Shown: piece by piece, positions 9,155 to 18,517 of the stretch | Position numbering within the stretch: position 1 is the stretch's first letter | Layout of the letters: every line of letters starts with the position of its first letter | IMG/VR virus record: IMGVR_UViG_3300032232_000840 | Span: 3,717-67,716 of that record | Strand: one strand, 5' to 3' | Length of the DNA: 64,000 nucleotides | DNA from: a virus | Lineage: Duplodnaviria > Caudoviricetes | Notes under the pieces: generated by a model | Database searches by the model: none | What the model was told of the DNA's origin: nothing | Seen by the model: the letters and a program-made list of their open reading frames with translations, nothing else | Position numbers and translations under genes: made by a program

Positions 9155-9375
9155 GCCATCGAGTTCCTAGGCGAATCGTCGAACGTAACCGCAGTTTGTA
9201 TTTCAACAGACTGGAGCAAGCCTCCACCGAGTATTGGTATCTGAAGAACGCCGACTGCCGTGGCTGGATCTCCAAGATCAACGGCAAGTGGAAGATGGGC
9301 GGCTACCACCGCCTCACCAAGCACCCCAACAAACTGAAGCACCACAACCTAACCCAACTCACCTTTGACTTATGA
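9151..9375 (+). CDS. Hypothetical protein
   Basis: ATGA-type overlap with the upstream gene. Confidence 0.55.
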   Translation: MSHRVPRRIVERNRSLYFNRLEQASTEYWYLKNADCRGWISKINGKWKMGGYHRLTKHPNKLKHHNLTQLTFDL

Positions 9376-9638
9376 GCACCGAGAACGATTGGATTAAGAC
9401 CGAATGGTTCTGCCCCCTGTGCGGAAAGCCGCACGTTTGGAAAGAAGATACTGGTGGTGGCGACTATTATGTGGGCGAGCACCACATCTGCGTTGTCTGC
9501 GGGGCTGGGTTTTACCTCCCCGACAAGCCCGAGAAGTTCCAAGAGCTCTACTACTCCAACGGACAGCCCAGCATCGGCACCACAAGCTACCTGCGCCTCA
9601 TGCACATCGTCAACAACCCAACCCCACCAACACCATGA
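9372..9638 (+). CDS. Zn-ribbon hypothetical protein
   Basis: CPLC...CVVC pairs; stop/start overlaps on both sides. Confidence 0.65.
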   Translation: MSTENDWIKTEWFCPLCGKPHVWKEDTGGGDYYVGEHHICVVCGAGFYLPDKPEKFQELYYSNGQPSIGTTSYLRLMHIVNNPTPPTP

Positions 9639-9805
9639 CAACCGAAGAATACGACATCCTAACCCGACCCTACCTCGAACGCATGGCACGCCAAACCCAG
9701 CTCCGGAACGAGCGAGAGTGGAGCTACGCCATCCTCACTGCCCTGTTCCTCTGCATCTTTGCAGCCGCGTTCTGTTTAACCCTGTCATTTCTACTCAACT
9801 ACTAA
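9635..9805 (+). CDS. Small membrane protein
   Basis: C-terminal hydrophobic helix; start overlaps the upstream stop. Confidence 0.6.
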   Translation: MTTEEYDILTRPYLERMARQTQLRNEREWSYAILTALFLCIFAAAFCLTLSFLLNY

Positions 9806-9810
9806 CACCT

Positions 9811-10347
9811 ATGACCACCGCAACCAAAGTCAAGCCGCCCACCCGATCCCAGATCATCAATCAACTCCTACCCATCCGCAGGGAGCAGCTAAAGAAAGAG
9901 TGGGACGACGCCAAGGCCGAATACAAGGTGGCCGAGGAAGCCTTTGAGGCTCTCGCCACCGATTGGATCAAAGCAAACCCAAGCGTCTGGACTCCCTTTA
10001 TATCGGTCGATTCCTATTACTCTGGAATGAGTATCAGTTGCTTCCTCGTTAACGAGAAGGATCACGCCACTGGGTCAGGTACCACGATGATGCCGCCCCA
10101 CCTCTTGGCTGAGTACAACAAGCTGGAAGACATAGAGAAGAAGCACCACAAGATGCTTAACCCCAATCACTTGAGCGATCACAGCATTAGGAAGATGATC
10201 CGAGAAGAGCTCGATGCACTCGACCCTAAGTCAGTCATCGACAACACCGCACCTACCGAAGAGATGCCTGTAGTGAAAGAGTACTTGGAGCAGTTCATGG
10301 CAACCCTCACCAAGGTATCTAAAGCTCGTGCTCGTCTAGCCGCTTAA
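9811..10347 (+). CDS. Hypothetical protein
   Basis: Met at 9811 after an AACACCT leader; helical, charged protein. Confidence 0.7.
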   Translation: MTTATKVKPPTRSQIINQLLPIRREQLKKEWDDAKAEYKVAEEAFEALATDWIKANPSVWTPFISVDSYYSGMSISCFLVNEKDHATGSGTTMMPPHLLAEYNKLEDIEKKHHKMLNPNHLSDHSIRKMIREELDALDPKSVIDNTAPTEEMPVVKEYLEQFMATLTKVSKARARLAA

Positions 10348-10366
10348 ACAATCAACCCTATCATAT

Positions 10367-11506
10367 ATGAACGCACTCATTACACCCGACGAACTAGCCA
10401 GCCGAGTATGCTCCGGCGGCATCCTCTACTCCATCACGCTGGGTCGCTTCGGCACCGAGAAGTTGGATAAGCAAGCCAGTGCCAAGGCGAGAGCCGACGC
10501 TGGCATCACCGACAAGAAGTCAGCTCGGGTTTACAAAACCCTCGTCAACGCTCAAGTGATCGAGATGATCAAGAAGCTGGATGCCTACATCCGAACAATC
10601 CCCAAGAAGTACGGAGCCCCTTGGGGTCCGAACATCTGGTTCATCCCTGCCTCCAGGTACATCGAGCTGACTCGTGAGATCAAAGTCAAGCTGGACGAGC
10701 GCAACGAGTTAGTTAAGAGAGTAGCCGACGAGTATAACATTGCCCGTGAGGAGGCTAAGACCCGCTTGGGCACTATGTTCGACGACGCCGACTTTCCTCC
10801 AGTGACTCAAGTGGTCAGCAAGTTCACGCAGGAGACTCGCACCGCACAGATCACCTCACCGAATGGGTCGATGCTCGGAGTCTTCGGAGACATCGCCTCG
10901 GCAGTCATGTCGGATGTGCAGGAGACCTTCAACGATCAGATCGGTTCGATGGTTCCCTACATCAAGGAAGTCTTGCTCACGCCGTTGGTCGCCATGTCTT
11001 CCAGCTTGCAGAATGAGAACGCCATCTATCGGGACACCCTATTCACCAACGTGTGGGATGCTTCCGAGCAGGCTAGGGGACTCAATGTTGTGCAGGACGA
11101 GGAGATCCTCGGAGCGATCAACGAGATCGACAACTGCCTACGCCGTCAGCCTGAGACTTGTAGGGAGAGCAAGACTGCTCGCTCTATGGTCGCCGCTGAT
11201 TGCGGACGCATCATCGAGCACCTCGGCGGCACGATCCCTGCACCAGCACCGGACAGCAAGAAGGTGAAGGTCGAGGAGACTCCCGAGCCTGTTACCCTGT
11301 TACCCGATCCCCCTGCGGTCATTCAGCTCGATGAGAAGATCTTTGATTCTCCTCGTAGCTGGGCAAACCCCTCCACGATCTTTAAAGCCGAAGAGATCAA
11401 CGAGCCTACTGATGAGCAGATCCACTCGGTAGCTGATGCAGCCCCCTCAGTAGAAGTAGAAGCCGACGCATCTGGTGAGGACATCCTCGCCAAGCTCGGC
11501 TGGTAG
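10367..11506 (+). CDS. DUF3150-like protein
   Basis: KARADAG..SARVYKTLV, PWGPNIWFIP and LGTMFDDADFP resemble this phage family; sits before an AAA/VWA pair. Confidence 0.55.
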   Translation: MNALITPDELASRVCSGGILYSITLGRFGTEKLDKQASAKARADAGITDKKSARVYKTLVNAQVIEMIKKLDAYIRTIPKKYGAPWGPNIWFIPASRYIELTREIKVKLDERNELVKRVADEYNIAREEAKTRLGTMFDDADFPPVTQVVSKFTQETRTAQITSPNGSMLGVFGDIASAVMSDVQETFNDQIGSMVPYIKEVLLTPLVAMSSSLQNENAIYRDTLFTNVWDASEQARGLNVVQDEEILGAINEIDNCLRRQPETCRESKTARSMVAADCGRIIEHLGGTIPAPAPDSKKVKVEETPEPVTLLPDPPAVIQLDEKIFDSPRSWANPSTIFKAEEINEPTDEQIHSVADAAPSVEVEADASGEDILAKLGW

Positions 11507-11583
11507 GTATCACACACCACAACAACAATTCAGTCAGTAATCATCAACCAAACAAGTCAGTCCAACCCTTAAACAACACCATT

Positions 11584-12603
11584 ATGACAACCATCGAAGC
11601 AACCCCATCTCAGCTCACCTCCGTCCTCAAAGATTGCCACGCCGCAGGGCTTAGGCCGTTCATTCAGGGTCAGCCTGGAGTTGGCAAGTCCGCCGTCGTC
11701 GCCGAGTACGCTCGCAGCATTGGCGCAGAGTTCATCGACGCCCGTCTCGCCTACTACGCCCCGCAGGACGTACAGGGTTTCCCCTACCTCCACACCGACC
11801 CCGAGTCCGGCGAGAAGTCCATGCGCTTCTCCAAGCCAGCCTTCTGGCCTCAGACCGCCAACCCCGTCATCGGTCTTGAGGAGTTCAACTGCGCCACTCG
11901 CCCGGTGCAGAACGTCGCCCTTCAGCTTCTCAACGACAACCGAGTCGGCGAGCACGAGCTGCCCAAGGACGCCTTCGTCTGCCTCCTCGGTAACCGCGCC
12001 GAGGATCGTGTCAACATCGAGAAGCTCAGCTCCGCTGTGGTCAATCGTATCGTCAACATCCGAGTCAAGCTCGACCTCAACGACTGGGTCAAGTGGGGAC
12101 AGAACAACGGCATTGACTCTCTAGTCACCGCCTTCATCCGCTTCCGCCCCGACCTCTTGACCACCTTCAATGGTGCCAAGTGGGACGGCGTCAGCAACTT
12201 CGCCAGCCCCCGTACTTGGGAGAAGGCGAGCAAGATTGTGGAGACCAGCAGCAACCGCCATGTGCGTCACTTGTTGCTAGAGGGCGTGCTCGGTCAGTCC
12301 GCTGCCGCTGAGTTCCTCGGCTTCCTCGGCGTGTACGAGAAGCTCCCCGACCTCGATGCGGTGCTGCTCAACCCAACTGGGTCGGATGTGCCGACCGATC
12401 CTTCCACGATCTACGCAACCTGCGCTGGTCTGGCTAAGCGTGTGAAGCCCGCCACGATGGGTGCCTTCACCACGTACATCGACCGCATGAGCAAGGAGTT
12501 CGGCGTGTTTGCCATCAAGACGGCAGTCACCTCCAACAAGAAGCTCTGCGCTACCCCAGCGTTCACCACCTGGGTTACCGACAATCAGGACGTGTTCGCC
12601 TAA
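11584..12603 (+). CDS. MoxR-like AAA+ ATPase
   Basis: Walker A GQPGVGKS, Walker B IGLEEFN, LGN sensor, VNR arginine finger, ASPRTWE lid. Confidence 0.9.
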   Translation: MTTIEATPSQLTSVLKDCHAAGLRPFIQGQPGVGKSAVVAEYARSIGAEFIDARLAYYAPQDVQGFPYLHTDPESGEKSMRFSKPAFWPQTANPVIGLEEFNCATRPVQNVALQLLNDNRVGEHELPKDAFVCLLGNRAEDRVNIEKLSSAVVNRIVNIRVKLDLNDWVKWGQNNGIDSLVTAFIRFRPDLLTTFNGAKWDGVSNFASPRTWEKASKIVETSSNRHVRHLLLEGVLGQSAAAEFLGFLGVYEKLPDLDAVLLNPTGSDVPTDPSTIYATCAGLAKRVKPATMGAFTTYIDRMSKEFGVFAIKTAVTSNKKLCATPAFTTWVTDNQDVFA

Positions 12604-12607
12604 GACC

Positions 12608-12787
12608 ATGTTCCGAGTAGAGGAAGACGTACACCTATACGTCCCAATATACCGAGTAGTTCAGTACGTACCAAGTGGACTCAAGTACCGAGACTCCACT
12701 TGGTACGACTGGGCACGAGCCGATGCTCGCTGCCAGTTATTAAACAGCGCAATCAAACGACTCACTAACAACGCAACCAATAAATAA
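12608..12787 (+). CDS. Hypothetical protein
   Basis: ATG 4 nt after the AAA stop codon. Confidence 0.5.
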   Translation: MFRVEEDVHLYVPIYRVVQYVPSGLKYRDSTWYDWARADARCQLLNSAIKRLTNNATNK

Positions 12788-12799
12788 ACATCCAACTAT

Positions 12800-14086
12800 A
12801 TGTCCGAAGCATCCGATAAAGTGGCGCAAGCCACGACCACCATTGTTCTCGACCACCCCTTCTTCGCCAGCCTTCTGCTCAGCATGAAGCGCATCGAAGA
12901 CCCCTCCGTCGATACGGCCTGCACCAACGGCGTCATCATCAAGTACAACCCCGACTTCATCAACTCTCTCAGCGTCGGACAAGTTGCTGGCTTGCTCGTC
13001 CACGAGGTTCTCCACCCTGCGCTAGGTCACCTCACTAGGTTGCCCCGCGACAAGGAAGGTAACATCGCTGGCGACTACGCCATCAACAACTTCATGGATA
13101 ACTACAACCAGTCCGCTGGTTCCCGTAAGTTGGATTTGCCTGACGGCGGTTGCATCGACCACGAGTTCGACCCCCTATCATGTGAGCAAATCCTCGCTGA
13201 GCTGCGCCGTCGCCAGCCACCTCAGCCTCCCGAGCCACCCAAGGGTCCAGAGCCTCAGCCTGGCACACCTGAACCTCAGGAGGGCGAGGGTGGGGGAGAC
13301 GGCGAACCGCAGCCTCAAAATGGCGGCAAGCCACAGAAGCCCAGCGGCAACGAGGGCAAGCCAGATCAGCGCACTCGTGAGCAGGGCGCATGGGGCGAGT
13401 TCGAGGATCAAGCTGGCGGCGAGAACGGCGAGACACCTGACGAGATGAACTCCGAGTGGGAGCGTCGTGTGATCCAAGCCGCTACCGCTGCCAAGATGCA
13501 GGGCACGATCCCCGCCTGCATCGAGGCTCTCATCGACGAGATGGTCAACCCCAAGGTTCCTTGGCAGCAGGTTCTCGAACGCTTCGTCGATCAGACCTCG
13601 GCCAACGACTACTCTTGGAATCGTCCCGATCGTCGCTTCCTTCCGGACGACATCGTACTCCCCGATCTCCAAGACGAGACGCTGGGCGAGATCGTCATCG
13701 CTCTCGATACCTCTGGCTCCATCTACGGAGTGCCCAAGGTTGTCGGTGCGTTCCAGAACGAGGTCAATAACCTCATCACCCGATGCAAGCCTACCAAGGT
13801 TACCATCATTCAGTGCGACTCCCGAGTCACCGATGTGCAGGAGTATCACGAGGGTGAGCTGGTCGAGCTCAAGCTCAAGGGCGGTGGCGGCACTTGCTTC
13901 GAGCCAGTAGGCGAGGAGATCCGCAAGCGTAACATCGACCCTCGTGTCTGCATCTATCTCACCGATCTGTACGGCAGCTTCCCCGAGGTTGCTTGGGACT
14001 TCCCTACCATCTGGTGTGTGTACGGCAACGAGTCCGGCGTGGCTCCCTTCGGCGAGACCATCCACATCGCGGAGGACGGCGAGTAA
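12800..14086 (+). CDS. DUF2201-type metallopeptidase plus VWA-like domain protein
   Basis: TACTNG, HEVLH zinc motif, Pro/Gly linker, MIDAS DTSGS and GGGGT. Confidence 0.9.
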   Translation: MSEASDKVAQATTTIVLDHPFFASLLLSMKRIEDPSVDTACTNGVIIKYNPDFINSLSVGQVAGLLVHEVLHPALGHLTRLPRDKEGNIAGDYAINNFMDNYNQSAGSRKLDLPDGGCIDHEFDPLSCEQILAELRRRQPPQPPEPPKGPEPQPGTPEPQEGEGGGDGEPQPQNGGKPQKPSGNEGKPDQRTREQGAWGEFEDQAGGENGETPDEMNSEWERRVIQAATAAKMQGTIPACIEALIDEMVNPKVPWQQVLERFVDQTSANDYSWNRPDRRFLPDDIVLPDLQDETLGEIVIALDTSGSIYGVPKVVGAFQNEVNNLITRCKPTKVTIIQCDSRVTDVQEYHEGELVELKLKGGGGTCFEPVGEEIRKRNIDPRVCIYLTDLYGSFPEVAWDFPTIWCVYGNESGVAPFGETIHIAEDGE

Positions 14087-14106
14087 CACAATCAACCCTT
14101 AAACAA

Positions 14107-14718
14107 ATGAAACGTAAACGATACTCATCAGCAAGTAAACTCGGTAAGGCTTGGCTCGACCGAGAGATCAAGTCGGAGTCAATGGCCGGACGCTGCGGAG
14201 CGTACCTGCTAGTCGCCGACCCCAACACCCTCTGGAATGGCGAGAAGCGTCTAGTACTGGTTCGCCGTCACAAGACGCTCAACCTAGTTATGGCTTCCCG
14301 CCACGGGACTCTATCGCTGGGTAAAGCCGCCCTTGAAGCAGTAGACAAGTCCCTGCACATACCGGAGAAGTGCGATACCCGCTGGGACTACAAGAACAAC
14401 CAAGTCATTAAAAGTAACGTCGTACCCCGCAAGGTGCCCGTTCCCTTCACTTACTTGGACGACTTGGATGATGAAGCTCTGTCATCCTGTGACCTTGCGA
14501 CCCTGCAACCCTTAGCCCTGCAATCCTGCAAACCAACGCTCGATCGCCTGATCAAATGCTTCCGTTCCAAGTCCCACCAAGACTGGACGCACCGCAACGC
14601 AGTGAAGGAGTGGGAGCTTGAGCGTGAGTCTCTCGCAGCCGTAGGTCTGGAAATCCCCAAGTCCTACGAAGATCGGAAACTAGTAGCCCTTGCAACACGC
14701 AGACTTCAACCCAACTAA
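14107..14718 (+). CDS. Hypothetical protein
   Basis: Met at 14107 after an A/C-rich leader. Confidence 0.65.
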   Translation: MKRKRYSSASKLGKAWLDREIKSESMAGRCGAYLLVADPNTLWNGEKRLVLVRRHKTLNLVMASRHGTLSLGKAALEAVDKSLHIPEKCDTRWDYKNNQVIKSNVVPRKVPVPFTYLDDLDDEALSSCDLATLQPLALQSCKPTLDRLIKCFRSKSHQDWTHRNAVKEWELERESLAAVGLEIPKSYEDRKLVALATRRLQPN

Positions 14719-14722
14719 CCCC

Positions 14723-14920
14723 ATGCCAAAGCTAAGACCTAAGAAAGAGGGACCCCATAAGTACGTCGCTTATGCGTCCATAATCACAACCATGCGTTTG
14801 GAGTTTACAGCCTCCTCCATGAAGCAAGCTCGTCAGATTGTCGAAAACTCTGATGGCTTCGAGTGGATCGCTTCCAATGATGGATACTGGGAGGAAGGCT
14901 CCATCGAAGAACAACCTTAA
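14723..14920 (+). CDS. Hypothetical small protein
   Basis: Met 4 nt after the upstream stop. Confidence 0.6.
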   Translation: MPKLRPKKEGPHKYVAYASIITTMRLEFTASSMKQARQIVENSDGFEWIASNDGYWEEGSIEEQP

Positions 14921-14940
14921 TCAACTAACCCTTAAACAAT

Positions 14941-15720
14941 ATGATCGCCTACCCACCAAAACCTAAGAGCACCTACAACCAAGAGTACCACGAACGAAAG
15001 TGGAATGAAGTTAAAGAAAGCATCGACGAATCGATGTTTGAACTTGAGACCCTGCGGGAAGACCTCGGGGATCAGTTCTTCAACGCCATCCTGAAGAACC
15101 GCAGCAAGGTACTAGCCGTTATTAACCAGCGTAAATATCTACGCGATGTCGGACGCCTCAGTAAAACCGCTGAGTGTGAGCGACCCAAGTACTTCGACGT
15201 GATCCAGAAGATCAATAAGAAGCTCCCCGAGCGAATCCAGATGCACAAGAATCAAGTGCTCTCTCGGATCAAGGACTGCATCGAGGATGTCCTCAAAGTA
15301 TCCGAGATCTGGAACACCTCGATCACTCGGGACGATCTGCGACCATACGACATCACCGCCCTCTGCGAGGTGCGATCTGGCTGGAGAAGCAATCGCACCG
15401 ATTGCATTGCCAACCTTCCCTTTAACTGGCTCCACACGCCAGCCTCCAAGGTGATGAAGGCTTTCGATAATAAGTTCTTTGCTATCGAGTGCCGACGTGA
15501 AGTCGCCCTAGATCAAGGCGACATCCAGATGTACTGGGTTAACCGCAAGGTGCGAACTGCTAAGGTTGGCTTCAAGCCAGCCGAGGTCGGCTACGCAGCC
15601 ATCAACGCCAACGAGTTCACTGGATGGGGCGAGACCCCCGAGCTCGCCGTCAAGTCCTTGAAGAGGGACATCGCCAAAGCCGCCAAGGCTCGTCTGCTGG
15701 AGAGCCTCAAGCGGTCTTAA
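14941..15720 (+). CDS. Hypothetical protein
   Basis: 259-aa ORF with a typical leader and codon usage. Confidence 0.75.
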   Translation: MIAYPPKPKSTYNQEYHERKWNEVKESIDESMFELETLREDLGDQFFNAILKNRSKVLAVINQRKYLRDVGRLSKTAECERPKYFDVIQKINKKLPERIQMHKNQVLSRIKDCIEDVLKVSEIWNTSITRDDLRPYDITALCEVRSGWRSNRTDCIANLPFNWLHTPASKVMKAFDNKFFAIECRREVALDQGDIQMYWVNRKVRTAKVGFKPAEVGYAAINANEFTGWGETPELAVKSLKRDIAKAAKARLLESLKRS

Positions 15721-15733
15721 CCAAACACCTATC

Positions 15734-16144
15734 ATGACAACGCAACAAATACACGACAACCCCGACCTAGCCAAAGCCGTCCACGAGACCGCCACCCAGA
15801 AGCTGAACGATCCCGAGTGGGAGCCGTTTCCCATCGACCTTGTCGGTGGTGACCTTGAACTAGGTCAACGCGCCTTCGAGGTACTTCAGACGCTCGGCTA
15901 CGCCAAGGAACCCTCGGGAGTTAACTGGCCTGAGGTGCTTGAGACTCTCGGCTACGCCAAGGAACCCTCGGGAGTTAACTGGCCTGAGGGGATGGGGATG
16001 TCTACCGAGCCTCATTACGACACTTACTACGACGACCTCATTCACCCCCGAGCCAAGGAGCACCTTATCAAGTACGGCAAAGATTACGTCGAGTGCCTCG
16101 AAGCATTCATGAGATTAACCAACCAACCCATCAACCGCTTATAA
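15734..16144 (+). CDS. Hypothetical protein with an 18-aa tandem duplication
   Basis: EVL(Q/E)TLGYAKEPSGVNWP x2. Confidence 0.7.
   Translation: MTTQQIHDNPDLAKAVHETATQKLNDPEWEPFPIDLVGGDLELGQRAFEVLQTLGYAKEPSGVNWPEVLETLGYAKEPSGVNWPEGMGMSTEPHYDTYYDDLIHPRAKEHLIKYGKDYVECLEAFMRLTNQPINRL
15878..15989 (+). repeat. 54-bp tandem duplication (43-bp exact core)
   Basis: CTCGGCTACGCCAAGGAACCCTCGGGAGTTAACTGGCCTGAGG at 15893-15935 and 15947-15989. Confidence 0.95.
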
Positions 16145-16148
16145 CACT

Positions 16149-16361
16149 ATGAAATTCTGGTATCACTACAACAAACCCGCATCACGCTCACAGGGCTGCA
16201 ACATCCTCACCGTCCACTTCAAGGGGGCTTGCCACCTTGTTAAGGACATCGTGTGCGGCGTCCCCACCGCCACCCGTACCCGCAAGTCGCAGCCGTTCTG
16301 CGTCATTGCGGGGGACGCCTCCGGCATTCTCGTAGAAAACGAGGTTGCTTACATTAGCTAG
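16149..16361 (+). CDS. Hypothetical protein
   Basis: 70-aa ORF (MKFWYHYNKP...). Confidence 0.65.
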   Translation: MKFWYHYNKPASRSQGCNILTVHFKGACHLVKDIVCGVPTATRTRKSQPFCVIAGDASGILVENEVAYIS

Positions 16362-16388
16362 GTATCATATACAACAACACTACCTCCT

Positions 16389-17108
16389 ATGAAATATCAT
16401 CTGACCCTGCGGTCTGGTAACTCGAAGACTGGCACGATACCCGTTACTACCTCTTCCGCCGATACCTGCCCCGATGCCTGCCCCTTCAAAGCTAACGGGT
16501 GCTACGCGGACGGAGGTCCTCTCGCACTCCACTGGCGTGCGGTGACCAACGAGACCCGTGGTACGAACTGGCAGTCCTTCATCCGTCAGATCTTCGAGCT
16601 ACCAGCTCGTCAGCTATGGCGTCACAACCAAGCTGGAGACTTGCCGGGTCTCAACAACGACATCGATCGCAACAAGTTAGAAGAGCTAGTCATCGCCAAC
16701 CAAGGCAAGCGTGGGTTCACCTTCACACACAAGCCCCCGACTCGTCGGAACTTGGATCTGATTCGATCCGCCAACACGCACGGATTCACCATCAACCTCA
16801 GTGCCAACACGCTTGATCACGCCGACAAGCTGATCAAGACGGGCTTGCCTGTAACCGTCGTCCTTCCGCAGGAAGACGTAGCCAAGCGCAACCAGCTCAC
16901 CCCAGCCGGACACAAGGTAGTCACCTGCCCAGCAGCCCGATCCAAGACGATCAGTTGCTCTACGTGCGCCCTGTGCCAGAAAGCAGATCGAAACTTCATC
17001 ATCGGCTTCCCAGCCCACGGGGCTCGTAAAAACTCAGTCAGTCAACTTGTGCGTCAGGTATCTCATACCACGCACATACCAACAGCAACCCAACTCGCAA
17101 CCAAATAA
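16389..17108 (+). CDS. Cys-rich Fe-S/radical-SAM-like phage protein (Gp88-like)
   Basis: SGNSKTG, Cx3Cx6C (TCPDACPFKANGCYA), WRHNQAGD, C-terminal CPA..CSTCALC..GFPAHG. Confidence 0.6.
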   Translation: MKYHLTLRSGNSKTGTIPVTTSSADTCPDACPFKANGCYADGGPLALHWRAVTNETRGTNWQSFIRQIFELPARQLWRHNQAGDLPGLNNDIDRNKLEELVIANQGKRGFTFTHKPPTRRNLDLIRSANTHGFTINLSANTLDHADKLIKTGLPVTVVLPQEDVAKRNQLTPAGHKVVTCPAARSKTISCSTCALCQKADRNFIIGFPAHGARKNSVSQLVRQVSHTTHIPTATQLATK

Positions 17109-17110
17109 AA

Positions 17111-18517
17111 ATGTGGATACTACCAAAACAATTACACACGTTAGCCTCTGCTCTGGATACGGAGGCATTGACTTGGGACTCAGAGCAGCTCTGCCGTCTC
17201 TACGAACAATCGCTTACTGTGAACGGGAAGCCTTCCCGATCTCGATCCTTCTCCGCCGCATTGAAGAAGGACAACTGGATGTCGGCCCTATCCACACGGA
17301 CCTTAAAGCCTTCCCTTGGGAACTCTTTCGTGACCGAGTTTCTATCCTCAGCGGCGGATATCCTTGTCAGCCATTTTCAGCCGCCGGTAATCGCAAAGGG
17401 AAGGACGACCCCAGACACCTCTGGCCTTGGATCGCAGATGGCATTAGGGCTATGCGACCTCGCCAGTGTTTCTTTGAAAATGTCGATGGACACATCTCGA
17501 TGGGACTCTCCACAGTCATCAGCGATCTGGAAGAGCTTGGTTACCAAGCGACGTGGGGAGTTTTCAGCGCGTCTGAAGTTGGCGCACCTCACCAGAGAAA
17601 ACGGGTCTTTATCTTGGCCCACCGCAAATGCGAGGGACTGGAAGGACTCCGTGAATTCAGTACCTCCCTCGGTTGGTCAGACGAGAGGATACAGCTTGGG
17701 AATGGCAGTAGCAGAGAAGAACTGGCCGACTGCCTCGACGAGGGATCACAAGGGAGGTTACGAGGGGGGGCGAATCCGGAACGGCAAGGTGTCGATGGAC
17801 ACGCTGGATGTAGCAGTTCAGGCGTACTCGGAAGGTGGCCTGCTCGCCCAGGCGAACCCCAATTCAGTTGGGAGCCCCCAAGAGTCCTCGACAACAAAGT
17901 GGGCGACTCCAAGCGCGTTCGATTGGAATCAACCGGAGACCAAGGAGCAGTGGGAGAAGAGAGCAGCGACTCAAGCCGAAAAGGGAGTGAACCTTCATCT
18001 GCCCCTCAAATCTCAGGCGATCCAAGTGGGGAACAACTGGGCGACTCCCAATACTCTAGATCACATGGCTCTACGTTCTCCGGAAGCATTACTTCGGCAA
18101 GCAACTACGACCCGCTCAGGGAGAACGGCTCCGGCGAATTTGAGAGAGCAAGTCGATCCCTCCTCGGTGGAGATCTACAAGCAAGCAAGCTGGCCGACAC
18201 CGACCTCGATGGAGGCTGGGAAGATCGGCAATCAACCGAACTTCGGTCAGTTGGGGCTGAGCAATCACCCAGCCATCGTGGGATTGCCGGATCGGGAGAA
18301 GGCGGCGAAGTCGGATTCGACGGCGCAACAGAAGCAGAAGATCACAGCCAAGCTCTCCCCGAGGTTTGTGGAGACCTTGATGGGGCTTCCAATCGGATGG
18401 GTTATGCCGAGCTGTGCCGAACCTATGACAACCGCACCCACGAGCTCCGCGCCCTCGGGAACGGAGTGGTATGGCAGCAATGCGCCCACGCCTATCGAAC
18501 TCTCGTTGGTCAACTAA
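17111..18517 (+). CDS. Overlapping-frame methyltransferase partner (beta-like) with W(P/A)T repeats and motif IX
   Basis: 468-codon open frame, five W(P/A)T repeats, and LSPRFVETLMGLPIGW, which aligns with motif IX. Confidence 0.75.
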   Translation: MWILPKQLHTLASALDTEALTWDSEQLCRLYEQSLTVNGKPSRSRSFSAALKKDNWMSALSTRTLKPSLGNSFVTEFLSSAADILVSHFQPPVIAKGRTTPDTSGLGSQMALGLCDLASVSLKMSMDTSRWDSPQSSAIWKSLVTKRRGEFSARLKLAHLTRENGSLSWPTANARDWKDSVNSVPPSVGQTRGYSLGMAVAEKNWPTASTRDHKGGYEGGRIRNGKVSMDTLDVAVQAYSEGGLLAQANPNSVGSPQESSTTKWATPSAFDWNQPETKEQWEKRAATQAEKGVNLHLPLKSQAIQVGNNWATPNTLDHMALRSPEALLRQATTTRSGRTAPANLREQVDPSSVEIYKQASWPTPTSMEAGKIGNQPNFGQLGLSNHPAIVGLPDREKAAKSDSTAQQKQKITAKLSPRFVETLMGLPIGWVMPSCAEPMTTAPTSSAPSGTEWYGSNAPTPIELSLVN

